Of a stretch of DNA of 64,000 nt, positions 48,869 through 63,644 are shown in pieces. Positions within the stretch are counted from its first letter, which is position 1. Every line of letters begins with the position of its first letter. The translations under genes and the position numbers were made by a program. Location of the stretch: the NCBI RefSeq assembly GCF_000002075.1, contig NW_004797705.1, positions 176,727-240,726 of the forward strand. Direction: 5' to 3'. Source of the DNA: Aplysia californica (taxonomy: Eukaryota). Under the pieces are notes generated by a model. The model did not search any database. It saw only the letters and a program-made list of their open reading frames with translations, and was not told where the DNA came from.

Positions 48869-51044
48869 ATCTGGGACCTCAACTCTTCAGTCGGGTCAGG
48901 ATGCTTTCTTCATGATGCACCGTTAAATTTAGAAGAGGATTCTGTAATGGTTTTGACATTTCAAACCATGAGGTTCAGAAACAACAAAACTAATTGTACT
49001 GCACAAAAAATATAATATATTATTGTGAGAACAAGTTTTCATTTCAATAAATAGTTTCCATCTCAGCATTCAGTGTTCTCGTTTGAGGACAAAAGTGAAA
49101 AATACATTGTCTTATCACAGTAAACATTTGAGAAAATATAACTATTCATACCCTTGGGAAAGTTTGTGTTACAAATACATTGTCATGAAATAGGTATCTT
49201 TGATGGAATCCAGTGGTTGTGAGGCCTGTCATATCTGATGTACATATATATTGCATAGTCAGAAGCCACTTTACAGAACTATGTCTGCTGCAGATGTGTT
49301 AGTTTTCTACATGTAAGATACTTATTTTCTGTCAATGTTTATCTCTATTTTGAAAAAACACACTCTTAGTATCAGTTGGTGAAGAATTCGCTTTGTTTTG
49401 CATCATTGTTTAAATAATGTTTATTAAACTGATTGAGTCTGTTTGGTACTGTCCATACTCCATGAGTTATGTGGGGAGTATCACGAAGCTCATATATATA
49501 TAAGTGCACTTGAATAATATAAACATACGGTGGGGGGGAGAGAGAGAATGCTTTATTTTCACATTTGTAACTTGCGTTTTCATGTTTGATAGTCTGGCTT
49601 TTGAATTTTTGTTATTTTTATCCAAGGATGGTTTTGTAGCAGTCTTTTACTTTCGGACACAGAAAATCTGGGAGTTTGTTTAGGATTTTAAGAATACTTT
49701 TATCTACGTACTTGAAAATAAACCTCACAAACACTCATATAATTGCATTTTATTTTTTATGGTATAATTTTTTTTATCCTGATGCCCGGACTATAAAATT
49801 GATTATTTATACATTAAATAAAGGATTTGTGAGGCACAAAAACAGCTACAGAAGACTTCATTTAACACAAACTACCCCAACATGAATCCTGTATTAACAT
49901 GAACAAACTCAAAATTTGGTTTTGAAATTCTTCATTATTTCATGTTTCTCCACACTGGCTTACATGAAAGAAATAAATTCAAAACATCCTGACTGAAAAA
50001 GAAGATTCCTCTCTATGTGTGACATATTTTCCAATCCAAACCCCTCCCTATTTCTCGCCATGCTTCCCCACAATCACTCTTTATGCAGTCAAAGTATAGA
50101 GCCTTCAGTTGGAAATGGGCCATAGGGCCTATATGTCAGTCTGCACAATACACTAGCACTAGCACAGGAAAACTTGTAGTGGTCGCATCTCAAATCCTTC
50201 GCAAATATGAGGTCTACTTCCTATTTACATTCTTCTTTCTGGAAATGTGTAGGTTTATTATAGTCTTCACTGTCTTGGATTGCCTATTCTCAATCATTTT
50301 CCAACATTAAGATGGTGAAATCATATGCATGAATTGCTTGCAAGTAAAGGCACACAGGTAAAGGTATCCAAAAATTTCCCCGCAACACCACAGGCTATTT
50401 GTAAACGACACTTGGAGGGTTAACTGATTCCATCCATTCGGCCGCTGACAGCGGCTCTGAGTTTTTCCGCTGCATCCATTTGACCGCTGTGAGCGGCTCA
50501 GCGAAATCCGAAACAAATGTGCACTTGTTAACTTAGTTCTTACTTTTTAAGTTGTCGAAAGGAAGTAGAACTTGTAAACAAACCTGACCTCAATCTCTGA
50601 GCGCCAAAATCGATCGAAACTCTGCGAAATTCTTGCAAAAATCGTTGTTTTGTTGTCGCTATGTAGGCTAGATCTAAGGGTAAATAACACGGAGCCTGGT
50701 ATAAGAAAAAGGCCCTTCAAAGAAAGATATTCAACTAAATTTGTGAAATTCTTGCATAAATGTGTGCTAGGGTGGTATCGCTACAATTTTGTGTTGATTC
50801 CTTTGGATTATAAGGACATGTAGAGCTGAGAAAATTCGGTAAGTCAAAATTTTCGAAGATGTTTTGCGCAATTTTTTTTCCTCATTTGTTTTTGTCTGAC
50901 GAAAAATACAATACAAACAGATCTTTGTTATTGATATAAACAGATTCCTCTATTGATTCCCATCACTTTGGTATATGACAATACATATATAGAGTAACTT
51001 AGAGCTTCACAGTAATGCATTAAATAGAGGCACCTGAGGTTTAA

Positions 51045-51972
51045 CTCACTTCAGACGGTTCACACAACAGTTGCGTGACCCCCGCCGCGACGCTCGCGAC
51101 GGGTCTCACAAGCCCTGTGTGACCAACTTTGGAATATTTTTTTCGCTCTACAAATCACGCACGGATCGCGAGACCCGCCTGGTACCCTTGTTTGGCCAAG
51201 CCTGAGCTACTTAGACTTCGTTTCGTATCTCTGGGTCCATAGTTTTTAAGTTATTGAAGGTGAAGGACAGTGACCCCAACTGGGGTTGAACAGACCGGAA
51301 CTCGCGCTTTGTTTTTTTCTATACAGCTGATAGTAATCCGACAGTCGCGTCGTAATAACGGTCGAAGAAGTCCCATGAACAAGAATCACATAATTTCGCC
51401 GTTTTCTATACTTATGTACGTTTTACTAGTTCTAGTGTCTCAGAATATGATGTGTCTAATAGTTATGATCCTGGATATGTACCCGAACACGGCCCGAGTC
51501 GTAGTTCTAGGGCTAGATCTAGCACTAGTACCGGTGTTGTTTTTCGCGCAACGAAATCACAACGTCGTGCCGTACATCTGTCAAATGTAATTCAGTGTAT
51601 GGGTCTGAATCAATGCACAGACCAGCTTTTATATTTTCACCAAACACTAGCACATGCATGTATACAAATCAAACCAGAACACTTTGAACTTTTATTTTTG
51701 TTGTTGTAGTGAATTTCATTCTACTTGTCACGTCTCTGGAAATTTTTCGGAAAATCCAATTCATGCCAATTTTTAAAAAATCATACAAATTAAAGTATTA
51801 GACTTAGACAACTTTAGTTTTTTGTGTTAGATTAAGCTTGAATGTTACTTTACTGTGTCAAAAAATAATTACATTAGGGTAATTCTGAGAGTTGTGGTGA
51901 TTTATTGAAATACCCCCAAAAACGCCAGTCTTCAACGCTTGTGACTGGTGAAAGGGCCCAGTCGCAAGTGAG
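51045..51972. mobile_element. piggyBac-like non-autonomous element
   Basis: TTAA|CTCACTT...AAGTGAG|TTAA; CpG-rich interior, no transposase. Confidence 0.8.
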
Positions 51973-54900
51973 TTAAAACTGAACAAGGAAAAATAATTCT
52001 GTCCAGAGTCTGAAAAAATCATGGACGGAATCAGTTAAGTACGTACTGATGACACCCCCTTCTCAGTCAGTTTTTTTTTTAAGAACTTGTGAGACCGCTC
52101 TGTTCAGTTCTTTACACGATTAGAAACAACCAAGTGAAACATAACCAAAACCTTTGTCACTTTAATTCCTATTCTTAGATCGTTCACTTCGGTCAAATCA
52201 AAGTGAGTTTTGAAAGACTAACTGATTATGGCAAGAGCAGTTTTGGACCATCCCCAGAAGCATTCCATGAGCTAAAATTAAAAATAAAAACAGACTTCAA
52301 ATAAAAGTGTTTTGACAAAACAACCAAGAAACTTTTATTTCCTTGAAAAATCACATACAAAAGGTATTTAAAGCATCACAGTCATTTGATACCAAGTTTC
52401 AAAAGAATTAAAACAACAATCCAATTCCAACATATAGAATATAACAGCATCATACTAAACACTGAGAAAAAGTTATGCCTGATTGTTTATAATAAAGCTT
52501 GTACTTGTGCATAAATATTACATACAAACATACTCAAGACACACCTACTACTAATTGTTCATCATGTACATTTCACAACACTTAAAACACAGGATATTTT
52601 TGTCTTTCAAACCACTTATTACCACAAACACTATTATTAATAGAGTTAAAATTGTAACATTCTAATTCTTTCAGACATTAACGAGTCTCCGAATTGCACA
52701 TTTATGCACCACTAAGCAAACAGTCAACAAAATTTGCATGTCCATTACTGGCTCATCTTCAAGCCTTACAACAATCTCAAAATACGTTATGCAAAAAATA
52801 GGGTAAAAAATAATTCCAAAAACATTGACATAAAAGGGGGAAAAATATCATGCATACAGGGACTCTATGTTCAAACATACCAAAAAAATGTCAAAGGATC
52901 ACAAAAATATAATAATATAATGCTGAAATTAGAATTCATGTAAAACCATAAGTGCCATAGATCTGAGCTCTACTGAAACAGTTCCATATATTATGAGGTA
53001 AGTATCTTTCCTTGTACACAAATATTTTTTTGAAAGAAAGAATATTATGAAGAAGTTCTAAAGTGTCTATTGCCATGCCATTTTCAACACAGGAAAGAGA
53101 TGAACTACCCAGTCATTTAAAAACGAATTGCTGTATGCTGAGGATCATATTTCTCTTTTGCCTCATAAAATGTAAGCTATATCACTGTTGATCCTTTTCT
53201 GCTCCTAAAAAGCTGGGTATGGAATTATATGCAGCTTTAAACGTTGCTCAATCCAAAACGGAAAAAAGAGAGCCAATGACATGCTACTTTCCAAAGTTCA
53301 TGAACATGATTCAATGGGATCTTGAGCTTGTTTTCATACAGTATTCAATTCATAACACTTCTTGATGGTTCAGCTTCCACTGAAAGCATGAACACTACCT
53401 TAAGAAGAATGGATGCATGGGCCACTAACATTCCTCACTTTGAACCAAAAATCCGGTAAAATGACAAGTTTTACATTAAGACACTTTACACATTAAGGAA
53501 TTGGGTTTAGGAATTTTAAAGAATTTGAATTAACAAAACAGTCAAAATGATACATTACTGGGGCTCCTCAGTTTTGTTACAGCAATGGTATTCATTCGAA
53601 ATAGAACTAAAATGAAAATAATTAAAACAAAGTTTCTTCCGAAATAATTAAAATGCCCCTGTTCGAACAAGCTATCTTGTAAATTTAAACCCTTTTGAGC
53701 CTTGGCATAAACATAGACCTGACTCTTTCATCTAGGGTTAAAGCTGGAAAGAATGGGCCAGGGAAATAGAATATATACATGTATGACAGATGAAGCTGGA
53801 AAAGAAAACAACAGAATACATAAAAGAAATAGCAGTCTGAGTAGAAAAGAATGCAAAAAAAGTTTTAGAAAGAGCAAACAAGACACAGATTTCTACATCA
53901 TCACAAACCTTTTTCATTCAACATTCTACAGGTACAGTGAACATGAACAAACCACTGACCTCAAAAAGTCGGAATCCCCTTTACATCATGCAGAGTGCTG
54001 AGATCCAGTTATACGAATACAACTACTATTTTCAAACAAGATAAAAGCTTATAAACATGTGATATGTATCAAGACTGAATGCTCAAGTGTTTCATTTTCA
54101 ACAAGGGAGTACAGAAAAAGGCCCACTTCTTAGTGACTGAATTGAGTGGAGGATAAGAATATGGCAGTAAGAATAAGAATTAAGATCCATGGTTATTCAG
54201 GTGTACCATTTGATCAACTTCTCAGTAAGTGCCCACCATTTAGTACGTCTAAGAGCAGTTTATGGTGAGTTATGCAGTACTTTAATCTGTACAGCCTACT
54301 GCATAAATCAATTTCTATTACATTTCAATTACCAAATATCAATGAGAAAAGCAGGTGCAGCGACAACTTGAAGGGTAAAAAGTACTTGTTACTAAGAACC
54401 ACCATATCTTTAGTTTGACAAAATCTGTTATGGGCATCCTTGAAAAGTGGGGACAGTTTAGACCAAACGTCATTCAAGTCAGAAACGGTAACAGTACACA
54501 GAAAGTGTATTTCATTTCTATAAATAATATGTACTTCAGGTATATTTGAGTATTTCAAATACTGACTGGTGCAACTGAAATTTTATTATTTTTCAAATCT
54601 CTTCTGTTGTGGATTTGAGAAAAGTGAATTGTTGGCAGTCAGAGCACTGTCAATGAGGGTTCTTAAAAAAGTACACGGAATACATCAACCACCATACAAT
54701 CAATCATAGAACTCGGATTTTCCACTCTCTCTGCACACTCACATATTTAGAAACCGAAATGGTCTCTTAGCAGAACAAGACATAATTTGATCTTCAGATT
54801 GAACACTAAAATGCAAAGCAAGAAATGATCTTCACAGATATAGAATTATAGACCCTACATATTATATATCAGTATACAAAACTGAGTTAGTTCAAAAAGT

Positions 54901-55937
54901 ACAGGAGCACATTTAACTAGAAGTCATATCATATTGAGCAAAAACTGATGTCACATGGGACAAAAAGAGAATGAAAACAGAGGCACAATGTCCTTGAAGC
55001 GGCTTGCAAATGAAAAAATGGATTGTGATTGTATGACATCACACAACAGCTGTTGACAAGATGAAAAGTTCTTGACTATTTTCAAACTACAAAGAATGTG
55101 TAGTCCAAGTTTGAGCATCAGCTTTGGGTCAGTCTATCAAGCAAAGCATTAACTTTAACAAAAATAGTAAATTAGCAGTCAAGTGGACAGAAGTAGCTGG
55201 TTTGTGGGCTCTCTGGTATGGTCTTCTCCATTTCCTCCGCTCTAGCATTTTTGTTATCTTAATCTATTCCGCATGACATGTTGTTATAGGACTGACACCC
55301 CATCAATTTCAACCCAAAATGTAATGATGGTGATGATGAAGATAAAGAGTATTCAAAAGTGTCTAAAATATGACACAACATATAGCAGTATGATCTGTGC
55401 AGGGTGGCGAATGTGAAGCCCACACTGAGGTGTATGCCACACAAGCATGAAAAAGAACAAGATATTGATATGACAATGAAAGCGGCATTAGAAACTACAT
55501 TTCAACAGTAGCTTCTAGCTATTATATTTACCCTTAGTAGACCACTATTTTGGGTAAATAATGTAGAGCTTATATGTGATGTATTTTTGTAGCACAGAGG
55601 CATGTACATGTACAGAGTGCTGTCCCCACAGACTGACAAGTTTTCTCCTTGTGCACAATCCAGCCTCGTCTCTGAAGCATCTAGAAATGCTCACTGCTCC
55701 TTCTACCCTTTCCGCCCTTCTGTGGCATTCACTCTGTCAGACTTGAACAATATATAGTTGTTTACTGAGCTCTTTGGTTAAGCCACTCAAAGGTTATTTA
55801 AAACATTTACAACACGGTGGGATAATGATTGACCTCATAAAAGCAATGTGACTGATCACAGATGGCAAGAACTTGATGTCACTTCACTTTTAATGTTGAA
55901 GAAACATGTTGATAGGTTAATGACATCAAGAAGCCAA

Positions 55938-58900
55938 TCAAAGCATCTTCTTGAATTCCGGCATTCCTCTGACTTTCACTTCATGCAAAGCGTCATCAGT
56001 TATAAAACTGTAAAGAAAGAGAGAGACAAAAAAGTTTGTCAACCAGATGTCTGGGTCAGGAAAAACAAAAGTACAGAAAAAATGAAATCTTAATTTTCAG
56101 AATTTCTACAGAAATCTATGTTTAAATCATATATAATTAAGGGAAAACATTATATTTTGAAAAAAAAAAAAGAGAAACATTGAAAAAAAAACACACAAAA
56201 TTTCAGGGTTTATGTTCTAAGGACAAAAAGTCCAGCCAAAAGTCAGCAGGCACGTAACTTTTTCCTATTCGTATCTATCTTTGGAAGTTGAGAACACATT
56301 TATTTGTTATGAGATGTCAAAAACAATCAAGTTAGAGTGATTGAGTGTGAATTCATAGCACCAATTATATCAAATTAAAAAACAAAAAAGTGTTGCCATT
56401 TGGATTTAGAAAGATTTCTGGAAAGTTTCAGGACACAGCTTTATAAAAAGTAGGCAGAGATAAAGTCCACACAGTAGAACACTGACTATAACTGAGGTAA
56501 AAACATTCACACCAGAACATACGAGATTTAAAAAATTTGAGAACAGCAGGAAAAGCTCTTAAAGACAGAAAAAAATTAAGATGAAAATGTCATTACCTGT
56601 ACCACAGTAAGTTAAGTGGAACAGTTCCGGCATGCCAGATGGCGTGAGCATCAAACGTCCACAGCAGCGGGGGGAAGTCGCCCAACTCCAGCAAAAGTAG
56701 AGCGTTGAGGCCCAGCATCACCAGCACACCTTTCCACCAATGTGGCTTTTGTTTGAGGTGATAGAAACACCACACAACCCAGCCAACTGCATTGACAGCT
56801 CCTGTGGTTATTTTATTTGAATTTGTTAGTCTTCAAATCTATTAGCGTTACACAATATGCTTTTAATATAACCATCTGTCTATAAGAGATAAAAGAATAA
56901 GAAAACAGCTAAATCATCTGAAACGTTAATATAAACGGCGCTCGTTAAAAAATTATATTTTCATAATATAATATGCATTAAGACAAACCAAGCTGACTCT
57001 AAGCTTACACACATCAAGCACCTCAAGCTAACAAGAATGTTTGTCACTTTGCCCATTATTCTAAAAGAGTAGAAGAGGAATGGCACATATATCTAAAGCT
57101 GTGACTGTGAATTCTTCCTCCCTCTCAGTACAATGACATTTCTTCTTTGATGAACACGAGCTGGATGGCTAAAAATAAACCAATATCAAACAAGTTACAA
57201 AGAAATGTACCACCCTGCACTTTTAGGAGAAAGGAGGTAACTTGGTCAATTTTGAAAAAAGACTGCTGGTCGGCAAGTCTGCTTTTTTTTTTTTGTTATC
57301 TTGGAAGAAAACTCCAAAAGCAACTTCTGACACCAGCACAAGAGCAGCTCAGAGGGGGGAAGAAAACAACTAGCTCCAAATTACCACCTAATCCTCTGCA
57401 CAACAGAAAGTTTTAATCTTACTCCAGTCCTCTGAGTAAATACAACATCACATACCTACAGCCACATTGACGATCATGTTATATCCATAGTCAAAATGAA
57501 TAAAGGCCAAGTAGTAGATGTGGTAGCTGTACAGTCCAACTAACGCTGACCCAACAAGAAGAAGCACTTTTATATGGCTTGTACCTGCAACCCTTCAATC
57601 AAGAAGGAAAAAAACAGAGAAGTACAGTGGAAACTGGATATGATAGGGATGGAGGGACCAGAGGAAAAGTCCTCTTATATCAGCTCCCTGTTAAATCAGA
57701 AATGCAAGGGAAGTAAGCATTTATGGACTAATCCAGCTGTTATTCACCGGTAGTTTCTCATGGCCTGCACATGACACATTACGCCTGAGTGTAGCTAGGC
57801 TTAGGCCTCGATTGAAGTCTGCAGCACACCGCAGCCCTCTCTCGCTTCATCTGCTGCATGTGCTTGCAGTGGCGTGGCTTGCGTGGTCTTTTTTACACAT
57901 AGTTAACGAACCTATGTCCCAGCTATAACCGATTTGACTCCGAAGAGGCCCTGTTATAGCCGATAACTTTTAATATAGACAAAGAGTAGGAAAAAACAGG
58001 GATTTTAAAAATCCCTGTATTACCGGGCCTGTTATATATCGTTTCCACTGTAATATGTATGCACTGAAATGTTCATGCGAAACAATAACTCAAAAATAGT
58101 TATTAAATGGGGCTCATTAACGTAGCGTTTTCCTAAATGTGGCTCTTGGAGTTTGAGATTGTCCAAAACAAAACACGGATTAATGTATTCACTAAAATGA
58201 AAAGCTGTGAGTTTGACAATTAATGATACCAAAAAAAATATTAGTATTGCTAAAAAATTAAATCAGGAAAGAAGTTGAAATTACAACAACAAGGTATGGA
58301 AAACTACTCTGGTGCCAGAAAGACAATTTTTAAAAAACAATCAGAGTGAAAAAAGCACATTGTCAACATGAAACCAATGAAGAAAAATTTATGTTTTATA
58401 TTTGTCTAAATTAATAAGGAAAATTAAAAAGAAACTTTTAAGTAAGGACATTTCCCTACTGTTGTAAATACACTGTAAACCTCATTATAATAATGAAAAA
58501 ATTATGATTTCTAAGTGTAAATATGTTTGTACATTGACTGACACACTTAGAGCAAAGTAATATAGAATCTCGTACTTAAACAACACAGGACCAAAAAGTT
58601 GGTGAAAAACTGCAAAAGAGTGACAAGAAGTAAACATGAGATAGTTATTATAAAAGTATAATCTGCGTATCACCCAAAAACATAGGAAATATAAAAATAA
58701 AATCACAGAAAAGGTTACCTGCAGATTAATGAAAATAAATTGAACAGGACCAGTCCAAAGGCACTGAAGTAGTCCATTTTCTATAGGAGAAAAGTACAAG
58801 AAGTTAATATACAGAAAATAAATGCAACAGAATACCCCTGGATTGAAATAAAATATGAAAAAAACCTTAAACAGGTTCCAAGTGGAAAGCCCTCAAAACA

Positions 58901-61541
58901 GCACTCACAAAGTTGATGTAAATATGGGGGAAAACTGCATCATAACGTATCATATTATTTACACACTTGTGTCATTTTTACTTCTTAAATTGACAAACTT
59001 AGAACACAAGCAACATTGGTATCACCAATTCTCTGGGTGTTTTGTTTTTTACTTCAACTTTTGTGTCACTTATAATTAATAAGATGGTGCAGGGTAAAAA
59101 ATAAAAACCTAACCAGGGAATCCTATAACCATACATTACAAAATAGATAAAAGCTGAAGAACAGACATTGAAGTAACATTTTCACAATTTAAAATGACCC
59201 CTAGGACACTTATAAAAGACAAAAAATAGCATATCCAGAGACTTGTAGGGGAAATTATTTCACTTAAGTCTGTAATTTAATGCATCATAATTCTAGGAAG
59301 TCTCTGAAAAACATATCCATTCTGAGCTAGATTAGAATTATACTCAGTACCCATTCATATCATGATAAATGAGCATAATATTTATCAAGTTTCCTATTTT
59401 ACCTCAGTGGTTGGGGTGTCCCTGGTGTGAAAAACTGAAGCACAAAGCCAGGTCACAATTCCAATCTTGGGAAAAGAAAAAGCATTCGATTTACGAGAAG
59501 AAAAAAATACATATATTCTGTCTCTCCTCTTCCCAACAACCTGTGACAGTCTCTCTTAATGAAATTAGAGTCCTGAAAGTTCCTGCTATTATAGAACATA
59601 GAATCAATGGATTTATTCCTTCTCGTACAGTACTCCTGTACAGCAATGTCTTTGTTTCATCCTTACAAGACTTACGTTAAATTTTTTAAGGTAAAACTTT
59701 GAGCCTTATACAAACAGCATAACATGGCACATATTTTCACTCTTCTGAAAAATTTCAACCATCAATTTCGGACCAATATAAACAGGTTTTTAAGACTATT
59801 ACCTTTCACTTATGTGGGGGGGAGGGGGGGGGAAGAAAGCGTGCCACATTTTGACCTAACAATGTATAGCCCTAATGCACACTAGAAAGGAGCGCGGAAA
59901 ACTGTACTTAATAGTCTTGTATGACAACTACTGTAACTTTTAACAAGTAGGCATAATAGATTAGATCAACACCATAACTGATCTTTAACTTATACAACCC
60001 CACCCCCCCCCCCCCCCCATCCCTCGCCCCACCCCCACATCTCAACTGGACACCCACGGATATTTCAGTACCCAGAGTGAAAATGGTAAGAAGAGTGAGT
60101 ACAAAAGCTAAGAAATACAAACTAACAATCTCAGTAGTACTTCTGGACAACAACTTATTATTTAAAATAAATTAAAGTTCAATTTACCAAGGCCATTAAA
60201 TGCCAGACTCTGTACATTGAAGCTGATGAAGGCACTTTAGCTCTGTAGTAGAATATAGCCAAATGGGACAGAGCATTCATCAGCGAAAATATCATCGAAG
60301 CCGGTTCTTGTACACCTGCATAGCGAACAAAAGGCCACTGAAAACAAGAACATACACAAAAATTAAAAGTATGGCAGGCAGGGATAACAATTTTTGTTAA
60401 ACATATGCTGCATATTTGTCAAGCCTACTCCAGGAAAGTATCAGGGTACAAAGCAAGAGGAAGACCAAGGAAGATCTGGATTAAGGGTGTGAAGGATACC
60501 ATGAAAACATTCAACATCCCATCCACCCAGGCCATCAAACTTGCTAGAGACAGGAAGCTCTTTCTCCCCTCGACGCCCAAGAGTAGAGGTACAAGAGGAC
60601 AGATAAAGTAAAGTAAATTTGTCAGAAGTAGAGGTGTTAAGTAATTTTAAAATCATCAGCACAACACAATTTTATAAATGATTTAAAACACATTCAACTA
60701 TTATTGAAACATCTGAATAATACAAACATTTACAGTGTAAACCTCATACTGAGCTAACTTCAGACATCTGTAAGAGGTGAGGTTTAGAAAATATTAGAGA
60801 AGTTTTGTTTTTCTGTCCCACAAGATAAGATCCCTTTCTTCACCACCTATAATGTAATGACAAATACAAACAATGGCAACAACACACTTTTCACAAATAC
60901 TTCAACTTTAACAGCTTATTCCATTTAACAGTTGTATTTTTAAAAATGTACAGTAACTTAATGATTGTGTGTACGCATACTTATTATATTACACACAAAA
61001 ATTGATAACGCCCACTGGAAACATCATAAAAAAATTTATTCTTTACAACTTTCTTTGAATATATCACCTTTATTAGATTTTTTTTTTTTTCAAACTTATA
61101 CTTTGCTTACTTTTAAGAAGAAAAAAAATCAGTGTTTATTCAGAGATCATGTAGAGTTAGTCTATAACACAATAAAACAATATTTTTTTTAAATAAAAAA
61201 ATCCACAGTGGTACAATTGTTGTGATATTCACCTTTCCATAGAATTGAGGGACTTCACTCCTGTCCCGTTGATATGCATCAACTGTGGTCCACATACACT
61301 GATACTTGCACTCGTCTTGGCAACTCCACTGAAGGAACTTCATATAGGCAGGTTGACTGAGAACAAATTCTGTCAAGTTGGAGCAGTTGGCTCCAGAGCA
61401 TCCTTGCACACATTTCCCAAAAATATATGATCTATCTCCATTTGAGGCCAAGGAAAAGTCGACGAATGTTGTGAAAACTATCAATGTGAATATGATGCAC
61501 ATGAAGAATGGCACACTGGAGACATGGTTTACAAGCGTCAT
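55938..61541 (-). CDS. PGAP3: Post-GPI attachment to proteins factor 3 (Per1 family GPI phospholipase A2), 331 aa, 7 coding exons
   Basis: Exons 61541-61233, 60337-60188, 59465-59403, 58780-58719, 57592-57456, 56801-56597, 56007-55938. Motifs ASNGDRS, WSCQDECKYQCMW, QFYGKWPF, QEPAS, FHTRD, EKMDYF, FDYGYNM, LELGDFPP and DAHAIWHAGT; ends in KKML. Acceptor at 61568 implies a further upstream 5'UTR exon. Confidence 0.95.
57625..58050. mobile_element. Tigger-like MITE in a PGAP3 intron
   Basis: TA|CAGTGGAAAC(T)GGATAT ... ATATCGTTTCCACTG|TA. Confidence 0.85.
60400..60616 (+). mobile_element. 3' end fragment of an RTE-like LINE
   Basis: Translates as KVSGYKARGRPRKIW (RTE C-terminal R-G-R-P..W motif) followed by a short (TAAAG)n tail. 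Confidence 0.65.
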
Positions 61542-62354
61542 TTTTTATCTGCGACGATGGTTGGTTCCTGAGATGAAACAGATAAATTTTAGTCTTGACA
61601 TGATACTTTTTGCTGTCAAAACATATAGATCTATATGTTAATCTTCTTTGCATTGATCAGATTTCAATGGTATGTATGAACAAGGCTCGACTTTTTTAAC
61701 TCCTTGTTTTTCTTCTCTTGCTTGCTAAGTCTCAGCAACATCCCACAGAGGTCTTTCAACTCACAACTAATTAAAAACTGTACATATATAAAGTCAAATT
61801 TTCTATAGCTCACCATATCCTTCACCTTTCACTTTCATTCAGGGTCACTCAGAAAGGGTTTCTACTTTGAAATAGGCAAATGGTTAAATTAACACCAGGT
61901 TGAGATCAAATATATAAATACGGAAGGACTGTGCCCTACCAGCCAACCTGGATAGAGAATGTCTGCTTTTCTCTGACTTTCAAAAGCCAAAATGTTTTAG
62001 TTTTAGACAAGAGTGAAACATGTACACGTGAACTCTGAAAAAAGTAAAGAGGCACCAGTAGACTGTGGTACTGAGGAAAAAAAGGATAAAAACTCCAGAA
62101 TGAAAATAAAGTAAAATTTAATAATAAAATAAAAATAATAATAATAATAATAATATTAATGATAATAATGCATATATATATATAGTACCTACACCGTGTC
62201 CCTCTCGCTCTAGAGCACTCTCGTCTGTATCCCTACATAATACATCCTCGATATATATATATATATGTATGGAGCACAAATTCCCACTCAACAGCAAGCT
62301 CTATTCGTTTTACAACCTATATTATTTATAGTATCACCCCTGCAGACCATAAAA

Positions 62355-62595
62355 CATTCAGGAACATTCTTGACTTCATGGGAAATGTAGGGCAAGCAGC
62401 TGATTAAGCACTCAAACACTCACAAACTGACAAGATTTTTTTGCCGTCTACAGCTGGGTCATTCCCGGATGAAGTGAAGAAAATTGAAGTAAAGTGCCTC
62501 TTCCAAGGACGTAATTGCTGGGTCTTAGACAGGCTTCGAACCCACAACCTTTCGGTTGCAAGCCAAACAATAAGACAACCTACCACCACCAGTCG
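62355..62595 (-). mobile_element. tRNA-derived SINE
   Basis: Reverse strand has gggttcgaagcc (B-box) and gtccttggaagaggcacttt; homologous to 63645-63870. Confidence 0.75.
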
Positions 62596-62920
62596 AAATT
62601 TGTCTAGGATGGCCACCCATTATCCATTGTAGAAAACTTGGTGCCTTGACATGTGAAAGTCTTCAACAGTGTCATTATGATATATTTCTAAAAACCTAAA
62701 GGGGGTAGGTGGGGGAGTGGTCTTTTGCATGTGATTGTCTAGGACAGGTACAGGGTCGAGTAGATTTGACTTTGCACAAATATGTTATTTGACAAGTAAA
62801 AAAGAAAATGTCATCTATGTCGCAAGCAATCCACTTCAGTCCAAATTTTGACAATCTTCTATTTTTACACCCTCTGAAAGTTTTATCAAAAATGCACCTT
62901 TCAATATCACCAAATGATAT

Positions 62921-63501
62921 ATGTGATGAAACGTAGACAGACGCAAACTATTTTTAGGTATGGCACCCATCTTGTTTGACGTCACAGCAGGATTCCCCTC
63001 CGATCACGTGACTACATCTAAGTATCAGCCAACCGCATGGCACCAAAGATGGAAGTGTCTATGTTATAACGCTTAATCTACACCACGCTATCGGAAGTTC
63101 TGATGGCCGAATAGACAGCGCGTCTGTGTTAGAAGTCATGCAATGATTTTACGAGCGGTTCGATTCCGGTCCCGGGCTCTTTTTTTTTTTCTCTTTTCCT
63201 CCTCCCGATTGACCAATAGTCCCATAAATTATAATTTGTAAAGCTGCTTTGAAGTTCGTTCGGTTTTTTTAAATGTACATTAGTGATGAAGAATGCAGGG
63301 GGGGGGGGGGGGCTAGATCTAGATCTAGATCTAATCCTCCAGCGTCTTTACGGCAATTTTCATACATTTCCATCTTTGGTGCCATGCGGTTGGCTATACT
63401 TAGATGTAGTCACGGTGATCGGAGGGGTATCCTAGTGTGACGTCAAACAAGATGGGCGCCATATCTAAAAATAGTTTGCGTCTTTCTACGTTTAATCGCA
63501 T
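62921..63501. mobile_element. Foldback MITE with ~135-bp TIRs and a tRNA-like segment in the loop
   Basis: 62921-63058 is the near-perfect reverse complement of ~63364-63501. Confidence 0.9.
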
Positions 63502-63644
63502 TTACCAAAATGCAGTTTGATGGTTATGGTCAAGTTTCTGGTATCTTGTAGTTGTAGTTCCTTTCGTCAAAGTCCACAATCAATTTGTTTACATCCAGAG
63601 AAGAAATCCGGAAGTCTTAAAGACCAAATAGGCAACACAAATAA

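Noticed and set aside
50307-52060. Larger DNA transposon hosting the 51045-51972 piggyBac element
   Set aside because: Composition suggests a TE, but I could not find matching termini.
63102-63178. Functional tRNA gene
   Set aside because: A- and B-box-like motifs are present but I cannot build a proper cloverleaf; it sits inside a MITE.
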